DNA of 64,000 nucleotides, from NCBI GenBank assembly GCA_021811385.1, contig JAJZPC010000003.1, forward strand, positions 3,263 to 67,262, in the 5' to 3' direction. Positions 37,024-46,461 of this stretch are shown one piece after another. Position 1 is the first letter of the stretch; each line of letters opens with the position of its first letter. The DNA is from Deltaproteobacteria bacterium (GTDB taxonomy: Bacteria > Desulfobacterota > Desulfobulbia > Desulfobulbales > Desulfurivibrionaceae). The position numbers and the translations under genes were made by a program. Below the pieces are notes generated by a model, which worked only from the letters and a program-made list of their open reading frames with translations, had not been told where the DNA came from and searched no databases.

Positions 37024-38859
37024 ATGGTTGAAAATATAAACCAATCGCGGTCCCCGTTCCGTCTAGGTCTGATTTCCATGCCCTGGGCTCTTTTCAACCG
37101 GCCTTCAGTCCAACTGGGCGCGCTCAAGGGGTATCTGGCCCAGGCCGAGCCGGATGTGCAGGTTGCCTGTCTGCATCCCTATCTGGGGTTGGCCAAATCC
37201 ATCGGCCTTGATCTCTACCGGGAAATCTCCCAGGATGTCTGGCTGTGCGAAGGGCTCTATGCCGGGCTGCTTTTTCCGGAGCAGCGCGGGGTCTTGCAAG
37301 GGTTTCTTGCCAGAAGGCTCAAGCAGTGCAAGAGCGCAGGCGGTCAGGATATTGATAGCCTCTGGCAGAAGGTGGATGCCCATCTGCACCAGTGGCTTGC
37401 CGGGCAGGAGTGGGGTCAGTTCAATCTGGTTGGGTTTTCCGTCTGCTTCAATCAATTGCTGCCCTCCCTTCTCGCGGCCAAGCACCTCAAGATGTTGCAG
37501 CCGCAACTGCCCATCGTCTTTGGCGGCTCTTCCTGCGTGGCGGAAATGGGCAGCTCATTGCTCAACGTCTTTCCCTGGCTCGATTATGTGGTGCATGGCG
37601 AGGGAGAGATGGTGCTGGCCAACCTCTGCCGGGTTCTGGCCGGGCGCCAAACCGCCTTGGCGCCTCAGGTCTTGGCTCGGAATCGGCAGACACACAAAGA
37701 GGCATTCACCGGCTGCCAGTTCAAGAATCTTTCCGAGTTGCCGACCCCGGATTACGATGATTATTTTCTCGACCTGCGCCGGGAGTTTTCCGGGGAGCCC
37801 TTCGTGCCGGAGCTGGTGGTGGAGTTTTCCCGGGGGTGCTGGTGGGGGAAATGCACCTTCTGCAATCTCAATCTCCAGTGGCACGGTTACCGTGGCAAGA
37901 CTGCCGAGCAGATGGAGCAGGAGGTGCTAAGTCTTTCAGCGCGGCATGGCTGCCTGGATTTCAGCTTTACGGACAACGTCCTGCCCGGCCGGGAAGCCCC
38001 GGATTTTTTTGCCCGGATGGCCCAAGGCAAAAAGGATTTCCGGTTTTTCGCCGAAATCCGGGTCAACCAGCGGGGAGAGGTGCTCAAGGGGTACCGGCAG
38101 GGCGGGCTGGTGGCAGTGCAGGCCGGGATCGAGGCTCTCAGTCAGGGGCTGCTTGAGAGGATGCGCAAGGGGGCCACGGTCATGGAGAATATGGCCCTGA
38201 TGAAGGAGAGTCTTGCTCTCGGCATCCGGCTGGACGGAAACCTGATCACCGCTTTTCCCCAGTCCACCGAGGCGGAGGTGCAAGAGACCCTGATCAACCT
38301 TGATTTTGTCCTGCCCTTCACCCCCCTCACCGGTGCGACCTTTTTTCTCGGTCATGGCTGCGAGGTTGCCGAAAAGCCCGCAGAATACGGCATCCGCGCC
38401 ATTGTTCAGCACCCGAATAATCGCAGGCTCTTTCCGCCGCAGGTCTTGCCGGGTTTGACCCTGTTGCTCAACGACTATCGCGGGGATCGGGCGAACCAGC
38501 GCAAGCTCTGGCAGCCGGTGGTCAAGAAGATTCGCGACTGGCAACGGTTTCACGAGGCAAGGCGCAGCCCGGCCCATCTGGTCCCGCCGCTTTCCTACCG
38601 TGATGGGGGCAACCTGCTCATCATCCGCCAGGAACTGCCCGGGCAGGCAGCCCTGCATCACCGGTTGCGCGGGACATCCCGGGCCATCTATCTTGCCTGC
38701 GACACAGTGGTCGAGTTCGAGGCGCTTGCCCGACTGTTTCCCAAGCTCGGCAGGGCGCAGCTGGCAACTTTTCTTGAGGAGCTTGCGGCAAAACGGTTGC
38801 TCTTTGCCCAGGGAACAAGGTACCTTGCCCTGGCTGTACATTCGGGAAAAGGACTATGA
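37024..38859 (+). CDS. B12-binding radical SAM protein, RiPP-maturation rSAM (TIGR03975-like)
   Basis: SMPWA-x2-RPS-QLG-LK, GFSVCFNQ, GEGE, SRGCWWGKCTFCNLN, QAGIEALS. Confidence 0.85.
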   Translation: MVENINQSRSPFRLGLISMPWALFNRPSVQLGALKGYLAQAEPDVQVACLHPYLGLAKSIGLDLYREISQDVWLCEGLYAGLLFPEQRGVLQGFLARRLKQCKSAGGQDIDSLWQKVDAHLHQWLAGQEWGQFNLVGFSVCFNQLLPSLLAAKHLKMLQPQLPIVFGGSSCVAEMGSSLLNVFPWLDYVVHGEGEMVLANLCRVLAGRQTALAPQVLARNRQTHKEAFTGCQFKNLSELPTPDYDDYFLDLRREFSGEPFVPELVVEFSRGCWWGKCTFCNLNLQWHGYRGKTAEQMEQEVLSLSARHGCLDFSFTDNVLPGREAPDFFARMAQGKKDFRFFAEIRVNQRGEVLKGYRQGGLVAVQAGIEALSQGLLERMRKGATVMENMALMKESLALGIRLDGNLITAFPQSTEAEVQETLINLDFVLPFTPLTGATFFLGHGCEVAEKPAEYGIRAIVQHPNNRRLFPPQVLPGLTLLLNDYRGDRANQRKLWQPVVKKIRDWQRFHEARRSPAHLVPPLSYRDGGNLLIIRQELPGQAALHHRLRGTSRAIYLACDTVVEFEALARLFPKLGRAQLATFLEELAAKRLLFAQGTRYLALAVHSGKGL

Positions 38860-39407
38860 TGCAGACGGAAGGGGTCGGGCAACTCCCCGTGAAAAAATTG
38901 GTGCTCGGCGGCTGCCGTAGCGGCAAGAGCCGTTATGCCGAGCAATGGGTTGCCCAAAATTTTTCGGACAAGGTCTTTGTCGCCACCCTGGAGGCCAGGA
39001 ACGACGCGGAGATGGATCAGCGTATCGCCCTGCACCGGCAGAGCCGGGGCATCGGCTGGCTGACCGTGGAAGAGCCGCTGGATCTCGCCGCAGTGCTCGG
39101 TAAAAACGAGACCGGGTCCGAGGTCTTTTTGGTGGATTGTCTGACCATGTGGATTACCAACATGATGATGCAGGATTTCAGCGACGAGAAGATCCATGGG
39201 GAGGTCGCCCGGTTGGGCAAAACCGTAGCCGGCCTCGATACCTCGGTGGTCCTGGTTGCCAACGAGGTCGGCCTGGGCATCGTGCCGGAATCATCCCTGG
39301 GCCGCCGTTTTCGCGATCTGGCCGGGTGGACCAATCAGCAGATGGCCATGGTCTGTGAGCAGGTGGTTCTGGTGGCAGCCGGCCTGCCCCTGCGACTCAA
39401 GGGTTGA
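38856..39407 (+). CDS. cobU: adenosylcobinamide kinase/guanylyltransferase
   Basis: GGCRSGKS, RI-x2-H, DCLTMW, NEVGLG, R-FRD-x-G. Confidence 0.95.
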   Translation: MMQTEGVGQLPVKKLVLGGCRSGKSRYAEQWVAQNFSDKVFVATLEARNDAEMDQRIALHRQSRGIGWLTVEEPLDLAAVLGKNETGSEVFLVDCLTMWITNMMMQDFSDEKIHGEVARLGKTVAGLDTSVVLVANEVGLGIVPESSLGRRFRDLAGWTNQQMAMVCEQVVLVAAGLPLRLKG

Positions 39408-39409
39408 AC

Positions 39410-40501
39410 ATGGATACGAAAACCATCAGCGCCCAGGGCGTCCACGGCGGGGATATTCTCTCCATGGCCAAGCGGCTGGGCTGTAAGGTCACGGATCTCA
39501 TCGATCTGAGCAGCAATCTTACTCCGCTTGGCATGCCTCCCGGCCTGCGGGAAGCGCTGGTTGCAAGACTCAGCGAGATCAGCTTTCTGCCGGAAAGCGG
39601 CAGCGAAACCCTGGTTCACCTCTTTGCCCGGAAATACGGCTGCTCCCCGCAACAGGTTCTGGCGGGCAACGGCACCACTGAATTCATCTATGCCGTGCCG
39701 GCAAGCGTTTCGGGCAAGCGTGTCCTGGTCGTTTCCCCCACCTATGGCGATTACCAGCCGGCCAGCCGGTGGGCCGGGCTTGAGGTTGAGTTTTTTAACC
39801 TCAAGGCGGACGAGGATTTCGCCCTTGATTTCAACCACCTCTCCGCCCGTCTCACCGGGGGCGAGCTGGTGTTTCTCTGCAACCCCAACAACCCCACCGG
39901 CAGGGTGATAGGGTGCCGAGCGCTGCTGGACTTCATTCTCGCCCATCCTGCCACGGAATTTCTCATCGATGAATCGTACCTTCCCTTTGTGGACGAGCCG
40001 ACCCTTGCCGGCTTTCCCCTGCCTGGTAATCTGTTTTTGCTCTGTTCCTCCTCGAAGATTTACGGCATCCCCGGTCTGCGCCTTGGTTTTCTCGTGGCCG
40101 ACGAGGAGAAGATGGCCCGCTTTGCCGCACACCGCAAACCTTGGGGGGTGAACCGCATGGCCCAGGTGGCAGGGGAGTATCTGTTGGAGCATGGTGATGG
40201 GTATGTCCGGTCGGTGCGCGACTTTCTTGCCCGGGTTCGCCCGGATTTTGTCGCCCGGCTCGCTGCCTTGCCCGGGGTGCGGGTGATCCCTGGCGCGGCG
40301 AATTTCATCCTCTGCCGGTTGGAGGGGCCAATGACCGCGGCCCAATTGCGGGAGGGTATGCTCGGTCAACGCATCATGATCCGGGATTGCGGCAATTTCA
40401 CCGGTCTGGATGACCACTACTTCCGGGTCTCGCTGCAAACGGAGGACCGCAACGAGCGATGTCTGGCCGCGCTGGCCGAAATCCTTGGGGAAAAGCCATG
40501 A
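39410..40501 (+). CDS. cobD: L-threonine-O-3-phosphate decarboxylase (PLP)
   Basis: HGGDI, DLSSN, GNGTTE, CNPNNPTG, DESY, SKIYGIPGLRLG; next to cobU. Confidence 0.85.
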   Translation: MDTKTISAQGVHGGDILSMAKRLGCKVTDLIDLSSNLTPLGMPPGLREALVARLSEISFLPESGSETLVHLFARKYGCSPQQVLAGNGTTEFIYAVPASVSGKRVLVVSPTYGDYQPASRWAGLEVEFFNLKADEDFALDFNHLSARLTGGELVFLCNPNNPTGRVIGCRALLDFILAHPATEFLIDESYLPFVDEPTLAGFPLPGNLFLLCSSSKIYGIPGLRLGFLVADEEKMARFAAHRKPWGVNRMAQVAGEYLLEHGDGYVRSVRDFLARVRPDFVARLAALPGVRVIPGAANFILCRLEGPMTAAQLREGMLGQRIMIRDCGNFTGLDDHYFRVSLQTEDRNERCLAALAEILGEKP

Positions 40502-41010
40502 GGATCGCGATCATCTCCGACACCCACGACCACATCGTCAACCTGCGGGCAGCGGTGAAATACTGCAACGCCTACAGCGTGAGCATGATCATCCACTGCG
40601 GCGACCTGATCTCTCCGTTCATGCTCGACGAGCTTGCCCGTTTCAGCGGAGCGGTGCATCTGATCTACGGCAACAACATCGGCGACCAGCATGTCATCTC
40701 CCAGTCGTGCGGGCTCCGTTTTCCTACGATCAGCCATCACGGCATCCTGGGCGCGGTGGAAGCCGGGGGGCTTAAACTTGCCTTTACCCATTATCCGCAG
40801 ATGGCCAGGGGCATCGCCTTGCAGGGCATGTTCGACGTGGTGTGCTGCGGCCATAACCACCGCTACCAGGTGGAAAAGGTCGGCGATTGTCTGCTGATAA
40901 ACCCCGGCGAGCTGTTGGGCAAGGACGGCCAGCCGGGATTCTGTATCCTGCAGTGCGAAACAAAAGAGGTGGAACGGGTAGAGATCGGCTCCGCCATTGG
41001 CGAAGATTGA
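40498..41010 (+). CDS. YfcE-like metallophosphoesterase
   Basis: SDTHD, HCGD, GNN, GHNH, INPG. Confidence 0.9.
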   Translation: MRIAIISDTHDHIVNLRAAVKYCNAYSVSMIIHCGDLISPFMLDELARFSGAVHLIYGNNIGDQHVISQSCGLRFPTISHHGILGAVEAGGLKLAFTHYPQMARGIALQGMFDVVCCGHNHRYQVEKVGDCLLINPGELLGKDGQPGFCILQCETKEVERVEIGSAIGED

Positions 41011-41020
41011 TTTTTTTTTT

Positions 41021-41137
41021 GCCACGAAATCCACGAAAGGGCACGAAAGAAAAATCGTAGCGAGTGAGGGGATTGTTCAGCGAAATCAGGCAGTTGCGCA
41101 GTTCAAGCATTTCGTGTTCTTTCGTGGGTTTCGTGGC
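41021..41137. repeat. long inverted repeat of CACGAAA units
   Basis: GCCACGAAATCCACGAAAGGGCACGAAA ... TTTCGTGTTCTTTCGTGGGTTTCGTGGC. Confidence 0.75.
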
Positions 41138-41177
41138 GAATACCTATAAAAACAACGTGTTGGTGAGGGTGACGACA

Positions 41178-42401
41178 ATGACCGATGATGATAAAAGCTT
41201 TGCCGAGATGTTCCAGGAAACCGCGGCCAGCACCAAGGAACGGTTGCGGCCGGGCCAGAAGATCGAGGCAACCGTGGTGCGCATTGCCAAGGAATGGATC
41301 TTTCTCGATCTTGGCGCCAAGAGCGAAGGGGCGGTGGCCAGAAACGAATTCACCGATGCAGAGGGCAACCTGACCGTGGCCGAGGGCGACCGGGTGCAGG
41401 TCTATTTCCTTTCCGAGAAGAACAACGAGCGTTTGTTCACCGCCAAGGTGAGCGGCGGCGCGGTGGCCGGCCATCTTGACGAGGCGTGCCAGAGCGGCAT
41501 CCCGGTGGAGGGCACCGTGACCGGCGAGACCAAGGGCGGCTTTGAGGTGCGTTTTTCCGGCAGCGTCCGGGCCTTTTGCCCCTTTTCCCAGATGGCGATG
41601 CGCCATATCGAAAACGCGGAGGAGTTCATCGGCAAGAAATTCGCCTTCCGGGTCACCAAATACGGGGAACACGGCAAGAACATCGTGGTTTCCCGGCGGG
41701 CCCTGCTCGAGGAGGAACGGGCCCAGCAGAAGGAGGGGTTGCAGGAATCCCTGGCCGTCGGCCAGACCGTCAAGGGGGTCATTACCTCCATCCGCGATTT
41801 CGGCGCCTTTGTCGATATCGGCGGCATCGAGGGGTTGATCCCGGTTTCCGAGATCGCCTGGGGACGGATCGAGGATATCCACGAGCGGATCAGTGTGGGC
41901 CAGGAAGTGACCGTCACCGTGCTCAAGCTCGAGTGGGACAAGGATCGCTACTCCTTCAGTCTCAAGGATTCCCTGCCCAACCCCTGGGATGAGGTCAGCG
42001 GTATGTTCTCCGAGGGCAGCGTCGTCACCGGTAAGGTTGTTCGTCTTACGGAATTCGGGGCCTTTGTTTCCCTTGCTCCGGGCATCGACGGCCTGGTGCA
42101 TATCTCCAAGCTCGGCGCCGGCCGGCGCATCAGCCATCCGCGCGAGGTTGTGCAGGTGGGCGATGCCCTGGAGGTGAAGATCGACAGCGTGGACTCCGAG
42201 AAAAAACGGTTGTCCCTTTCCTTGCCCCTGCCTGCCAAGGCTGAGGGGGGTGAGGGTGCCAAGGCAGGCGGCAAAAAGGACAAGGGCGCGACCGATGGGG
42301 AAAGCCGGGACGATTTCCGTCAGTACCTCGCGGAAAAGAAGAAGGATTCCAAGCCGATGTCCACCTTTGCCGACCTGTTCAACAAGGGGAAGGCAAAGTA
42401 A
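41178..42401 (+). CDS. rpsA: 30S ribosomal protein S1-like protein (short, four S1 domains)
   Basis: Repeated FGAFV-x-I-x2-IEGL/IDGL-H-S S1 motifs. Confidence 0.85.
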   Translation: MTDDDKSFAEMFQETAASTKERLRPGQKIEATVVRIAKEWIFLDLGAKSEGAVARNEFTDAEGNLTVAEGDRVQVYFLSEKNNERLFTAKVSGGAVAGHLDEACQSGIPVEGTVTGETKGGFEVRFSGSVRAFCPFSQMAMRHIENAEEFIGKKFAFRVTKYGEHGKNIVVSRRALLEEERAQQKEGLQESLAVGQTVKGVITSIRDFGAFVDIGGIEGLIPVSEIAWGRIEDIHERISVGQEVTVTVLKLEWDKDRYSFSLKDSLPNPWDEVSGMFSEGSVVTGKVVRLTEFGAFVSLAPGIDGLVHISKLGAGRRISHPREVVQVGDALEVKIDSVDSEKKRLSLSLPLPAKAEGGEGAKAGGKKDKGATDGESRDDFRQYLAEKKKDSKPMSTFADLFNKGKAK

Positions 42402-42458
42402 GTCGGGCTGCGGGCTGGTTGCTGTTTTTCTCCCGGACCGGGAGGGTTGCTGTCAGCG

Positions 42459-42860
42459 TCAGCAGCTGTCGTTGATATCTTGGCTGTTTGCCGCCCAGCG
42501 GTAGAGATAGTCGTTGAGCTTCAGTTGCTGTTCCAGGGTGATCGCGTCCCAGGCTCCGGCCTTGGCGCATTTTGGGGAGCGGGTTTCAAAAACCCGGTTC
42601 CAGCCCTCCGAGTTTTTTGATTCCACCCAGAGAAAGGGGGCGCCCTTGTCGTTGTTGCGTGAGTGGCAGCCCTTGCAGACATCCTTGAAAAGCTTGCCGC
42701 CTTCGCCCCAGGGGCGGCTTTCCCATTCCAGCGGCCCATCGCTGAGCACCCTGCAGGTCTGGGTTGTGGCGTCGTAGCGGGTTTTGGGGGCGGCGTCCGC
42801 TTGGTTGGCAAAGGCGGGAACAAGGAGAAGGGCGGCAAGGGACATCGCGAAACGGTTCAT
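42459..42860 (-). CDS. exported monoheme c-type cytochrome
   Basis: AGGAGG RBS, signal peptide, G-KLF-x2-CKGCH. Confidence 0.8.
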   Translation of the reverse strand: MNRFAMSLAALLLVPAFANQADAAPKTRYDATTQTCRVLSDGPLEWESRPWGEGGKLFKDVCKGCHSRNNDKGAPFLWVESKNSEGWNRVFETRSPKCAKAGAWDAITLEQQLKLNDYLYRWAANSQDINDSC

Positions 42861-42880
42861 GGACGGCCTCCTGATTTTTT

Positions 42881-42959
42881 TATACCAAACGATACAATAT
42901 AATGTAAAAATAATCCTGTTGCCGGAAGTGTCAATCATTATTCTTGATCGAATGGTAAA
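42881..42959. promoter_or_regulatory. two degenerate TetR (NemR-like) operator boxes in the divergent promoter
   Basis: TATACCAAACGATACA (42881-42896) and TTGATCGAATGGTAAA (42944-42959), both resembling TAGACC-N4-GGTCTA. Confidence 0.45.
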
Positions 42960-42980
42960 AAGAACAGGCAAGGGGAATCC

Positions 42981-43568
42981 GTGGCGCGGACAAAGGGATT
43001 TGATGAGAATCAGGCACTGGAGGCGGCCATGCGCCTTTTCTGGGAAAAAGGCTACGCCGCTACCTCGCTGCACGATTTGGAACAGGGGACCGGGCTGAAC
43101 CGGGCCAGCATCTACAACGCCTTCGGCAATAAGCGCAACCTGTTCAAGAGATGTCTGGCCCGGTATGTGGGGCGGGTGGAGGAGATGCTCGACAGCATCA
43201 CCGGGGCGGCGGCTTCGTCCCGGGAGGCGATCAATAATTGGCTGGCCTTTGTTATTGATTTTCACTTCAGTCCGGAAACGCCTGGGGGCTGCCTGGTGAT
43301 TCTTTCCGCGCTCGAGCGCCACCAGCATGACCGGGAAACCAAGGAAATGGTGGCAACGTTGTTCCGCCGCGAGCGGGAGGTGGTGCAGCGGGTTCTTGAA
43401 GAAGGCGTGAAGCGGGGAGAGTTTCCCGCGGAATTTGATTGCGCCGGGGTTGCCGGGGCGATCGCCGCAGCCACCTCCGGGATGGTTGTCCTGGCCATGG
43501 CGGATACCCCGGTAAGCGGGCTTCAGGGGGTGTTGCGGTCAGTCATGGGGCTGCTTGAGGGAAAATGA
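42981..43568 (+). CDS. TetR/AcrR-family regulator (NemR/ComR-like)
   Basis: MART-x2-FD, LFWEKGYAATS, SIYNAFGNK, PGGCL. Confidence 0.92.
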   Translation: MARTKGFDENQALEAAMRLFWEKGYAATSLHDLEQGTGLNRASIYNAFGNKRNLFKRCLARYVGRVEEMLDSITGAAASSREAINNWLAFVIDFHFSPETPGGCLVILSALERHQHDRETKEMVATLFRREREVVQRVLEEGVKRGEFPAEFDCAGVAGAIAAATSGMVVLAMADTPVSGLQGVLRSVMGLLEGK

Positions 43569-43595
43569 GCCGGAATTACCCGGGCGGCTTCAGGC

Positions 43596-44351
43596 TCAGC
43601 GGTTGCCCTGCCGCTGGCGGACGACCTCAAAAAGAATGACCCCCGCGGCCACCGAGGCGTTGAGGGAGTTGAGGCTGCCGGCCATGGGGATGGAGACCAG
43701 CTCGTCGCACTGCTCGCGGACCAAGGGGCGCATCCCCTTGTCCTCGCCGCCGATCACCAGGCAGACGGGGCCCGAGAATTTGGTTGCATAGACCGTGTGC
43801 TTGGCCTCCCCCGCAGCGCCATACACCCAGAACCCTTTCTCCTTAACGGCCTGCAGGCTGGTGACCAGGTTGGTGACCAGGCAGAGTTTGAGATGGGCCA
43901 TGGCCCCGGCCGCCGATTTGGCTGCGGTGGCGTTGAGCGGGGCCGAACGGTCCTTGGGCAGGATGATGCCGGTTGCCCCGGCTGCCGCGGCGGTGCGGAT
44001 GATAGCCCCCAGATTGTGCGGATCCTGGATGGAATCCAGCGCCACGATGAGGGGTTGCTCTTCTTCCTTGGCCTTCTTGAGCAGCTCGTGCAGGCTGCAG
44101 GTGGCCACGGGCGCGGTTTTGGCCAGCACCCCCTGATGGGTCTTGTCCGGGGAGCTGGGGAAACGCTGCCCCGGCAAAAAGCGGACCTTGACCCCCTGTT
44201 CCTGGGCCAAGGCGATGATCTCCTGGATCTTGGCCCCGCCCTTGCCCTGCTGGATCACCACCTCCCGCACCTTTTTCGGCTGCAGCCGCAGCAGCTCAAG
44301 GATGGGATGGATGCCCCAGAGGATGTCGTCGTTGTCCGGCTGGTTGCTCAT
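43596..44351 (-). CDS. rlmB: 23S rRNA G2251 2'-O-methyltransferase
   Basis: HQGV, QDPHNLGAIIR, GGEDKG, SLNASVA. Confidence 0.95.
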   Translation of the reverse strand: MSNQPDNDDILWGIHPILELLRLQPKKVREVVIQQGKGGAKIQEIIALAQEQGVKVRFLPGQRFPSSPDKTHQGVLAKTAPVATCSLHELLKKAKEEEQPLIVALDSIQDPHNLGAIIRTAAAAGATGIILPKDRSAPLNATAAKSAAGAMAHLKLCLVTNLVTSLQAVKEKGFWVYGAAGEAKHTVYATKFSGPVCLVIGGEDKGMRPLVREQCDELVSIPMAGSLNSLNASVAAGVILFEVVRQRQGNR

Positions 44352-44368
44352 GGGGTCTCCAAAAGATA

Positions 44369-44516
44369 GGTTTAAGGTTCAAGGTGAAAGGCCCGAGGCC
44401 TGCCGGATACACGTGTGAGGCTCCGATCCCGTATTTCTGGAAGATGGGCCAACACTGAAACCCGGCTTTCGCCGGGCGACCGCAGGTCCAACCTCTAACT
44501 TTTAACCTTTAACCTT
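44369..44516. repeat. inverted heptamer-repeat arms between gmk and rlmB
   Basis: GGTTTAA GGTTCAA GGTGAAA GG ... CCTCTAA CTTTTAA CCTTTAA CC. Confidence 0.5.
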
Positions 44517-45119
44517 CTCCCAATCAATAGGCTGGCCGTTCGGGCTGCGGCGTCCCTTGCACCGCTCGGCAATGACCACCGCGCGCAGGACATCCACCGC
44601 CTCATCCAGTTGGTCGTTGATCACCAGATAGTCGTAGCGTCCGGCATCCTGCATCTCTTGCCGGGCATTGTTCAGACGCAACTGCACGGTTTCCTCCGGG
44701 TCGGTGCCCCTGCCCCGCAACCGTCTTTCCAGCTCACCCCAGGAGGGTGGGGCGATGAAAAGGAAGATGGCGCCCTGAATCCGTTGTTCCCGGAGCTGGT
44801 GCGCCCCCTGGACATCGATGTCGAGAAACACGTCGATCCCCTTGGCCTGTTGTTCCTCGATGGCAGCCCGGCTGGTGCCGTAGAGATTGCCATGCACCTC
44901 GGCCCATTCGAGAAAGGCCTGATCCGTGCGCATCCCTTCAAAGGTCGCCCGATCGACAAAGTGGTACTCCCGGCCGTCGCTCTCGCCTGGGCGCGGGGCG
45001 CGGGTGGTGTGCGACACGGAAAAGGCGAGGTTGTCCACTGCGACCAGCAGTTTTTTGAGGATGGTGGATTTGCCCGCCCCGGAGGGAGCGGAAATAACAA
45101 AAAGATTGCCCCGGCTCAT
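44502..45119 (-). CDS. gmk: guanylate kinase
   Basis: [33 protein letters not shown]. Confidence 0.97.
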   Translation of the reverse strand: MSRGNLFVISAPSGAGKSTILKKLLVAVDNLAFSVSHTTRAPRPGESDGREYHFVDRATFEGMRTDQAFLEWAEVHGNLYGTSRAAIEEQQAKGIDVFLDIDVQGAHQLREQRIQGAIFLFIAPPSWGELERRLRGRGTDPEETVQLRLNNARQEMQDAGRYDYLVINDQLDEAVDVLRAVVIAERCKGRRSPNGQPIDWEKVKG

Positions 45120-45400
45120 TTGTCCGCCTTTTCCGGCTGCTCGTCATCGCGCCGGTCGTAGGAGGCCATGAAGCGCAGGGTGATGGTTTCCGGCTGCACC
45201 GAGGAGAGCACCACGTGGTTGCTGTCCAGGATGATGATGGAACGGGTACGGCGGCCTTCGGTGACGTCGATGAGCCGTTTCTGCTCCTTGGCCTCTTCCC
45301 GCAGTTTCTTCATGGGGGAGGATTTGGGGTTCACCACCGCCAGCACCCTGCCTGCGAGCACGGCGTTGCCGAAGCCCACGTTGATCATTCTCTGGTCCAT
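45116..45400 (-). CDS. remA: DUF370 / RemA-family protein
   Basis: [29 protein letters not shown]; yicC-remA-gmk synteny. Confidence 0.9.
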   Translation of the reverse strand: MDQRMINVGFGNAVLAGRVLAVVNPKSSPMKKLREEAKEQKRLIDVTEGRRTRSIIILDSNHVVLSSVQPETITLRFMASYDRRDDEQPEKADK

Positions 45401-45461
45401 GCTCTTTCCTTGGTCACGGTTCGAAATATGCACCGGGCAAACAGTGTGTCTTCCGGTTTTT

Positions 45462-45560
45462 GCCTCCCCTCCCTTTGACGGGAGGGGATTGAGGGGTGGG
45501 TGAAGCTGCAGATGGCATCACATCAAGCATCTTCCCCCTCTCCCTCCAGGGGAGAGGGAC
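45462..45560. repeat. REP-like double hairpin
   Basis: CCCCTCCC-tttgac-GGGAGGGG and CCCTCTCCC-tccag-GGGAGAGGG; a similar hairpin lies near 10201-10225. Confidence 0.55.
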
Positions 45561-45579
45561 TTTTTTTACCAGTCCACCC

Positions 45580-46461
45580 TTACTCGATATTCTGAATCTG
45601 TTCGCGGAGCTTTTCCACCTCGGTCTTCAACTCCACGGTGAGGTGGGCGGTGGGCGCGTCGCTGATCTTCGAGGCCAGGGTGTTGATCTCCCGCAGGAAT
45701 TCCTGGAGGAGAAAATCAAGTCTGCGGCCCACGGGCTCGTCCGCGGCAAGAAAACCGGAAAACTGGCTGATGTGGCTTCTCAGGCGCACCACCTCCTCGG
45801 TGACATCACCCTTGTCGGCCATGATCGCCACTTCCTGAGCCAGACGGAGGGGGTCGAGATCAACCCCTTGCAGGAGAACGGCCAGCCGTTCCTTGAGCTT
45901 CTCGGTCCTGCGTTGGACAATACCGGGGACATCCTGGGCAATGGTCTCCACGGTCTTGGCAAACTCTTGCAAGCGTTGGTCGAGCTCGGCCTTGAGCGCC
46001 GCGCCTTCCTGCTCCCGCATACCCTGCGCCATGGTCAGGGCCTGGGTCAGGGCCTCGGAGACCTGGGGCCAAACCGCTTCCAGATCTTCTTCTTCCTCGT
46101 GGGCAACGATGATTTCCTTGTAGTTCTGGATCATGGCCAGGGTCGGGGTGTCGGGCAGGGAGAGATCCTCTCGGATCGCCTCCAGACACCGGTAATAATC
46201 GCGGGCCAGGGGCAGGTTGGCGGCCAACCGGATATTGTCGCCAGTCTCCGCGCCGGGGTTGACGTAGACATCCACATGGCCCCGGCTGTAGTAATTGCCG
46301 ATCTCTTTTTTGATCCGGTCTTCAAGGCCGAGATACTTGCGGGGGATCTTGATGCTCAGGTCAAGAAACTTGTGGTTCACCGAGCGGACCTCCACGGTCC
46401 AGCTTTTGGCCCCGGTCGCTTCGCCCCGGCCGTAGCCGGTCATGCTCAACGGTCTTTTCAT
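45580..46461 (-). CDS. yicC: YicC/YloC-family endoribonuclease
   Basis: SMTGYG, RSVNH, DVTEEVVRL-SH, GRRLDFLLQE-x-REINT, EKLREQIQNIE. Confidence 0.95.
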   Translation of the reverse strand: MKRPLSMTGYGRGEATGAKSWTVEVRSVNHKFLDLSIKIPRKYLGLEDRIKKEIGNYYSRGHVDVYVNPGAETGDNIRLAANLPLARDYYRCLEAIREDLSLPDTPTLAMIQNYKEIIVAHEEEEDLEAVWPQVSEALTQALTMAQGMREQEGAALKAELDQRLQEFAKTVETIAQDVPGIVQRRTEKLKERLAVLLQGVDLDPLRLAQEVAIMADKGDVTEEVVRLRSHISQFSGFLAADEPVGRRLDFLLQEFLREINTLASKISDAPTAHLTVELKTEVEKLREQIQNIE

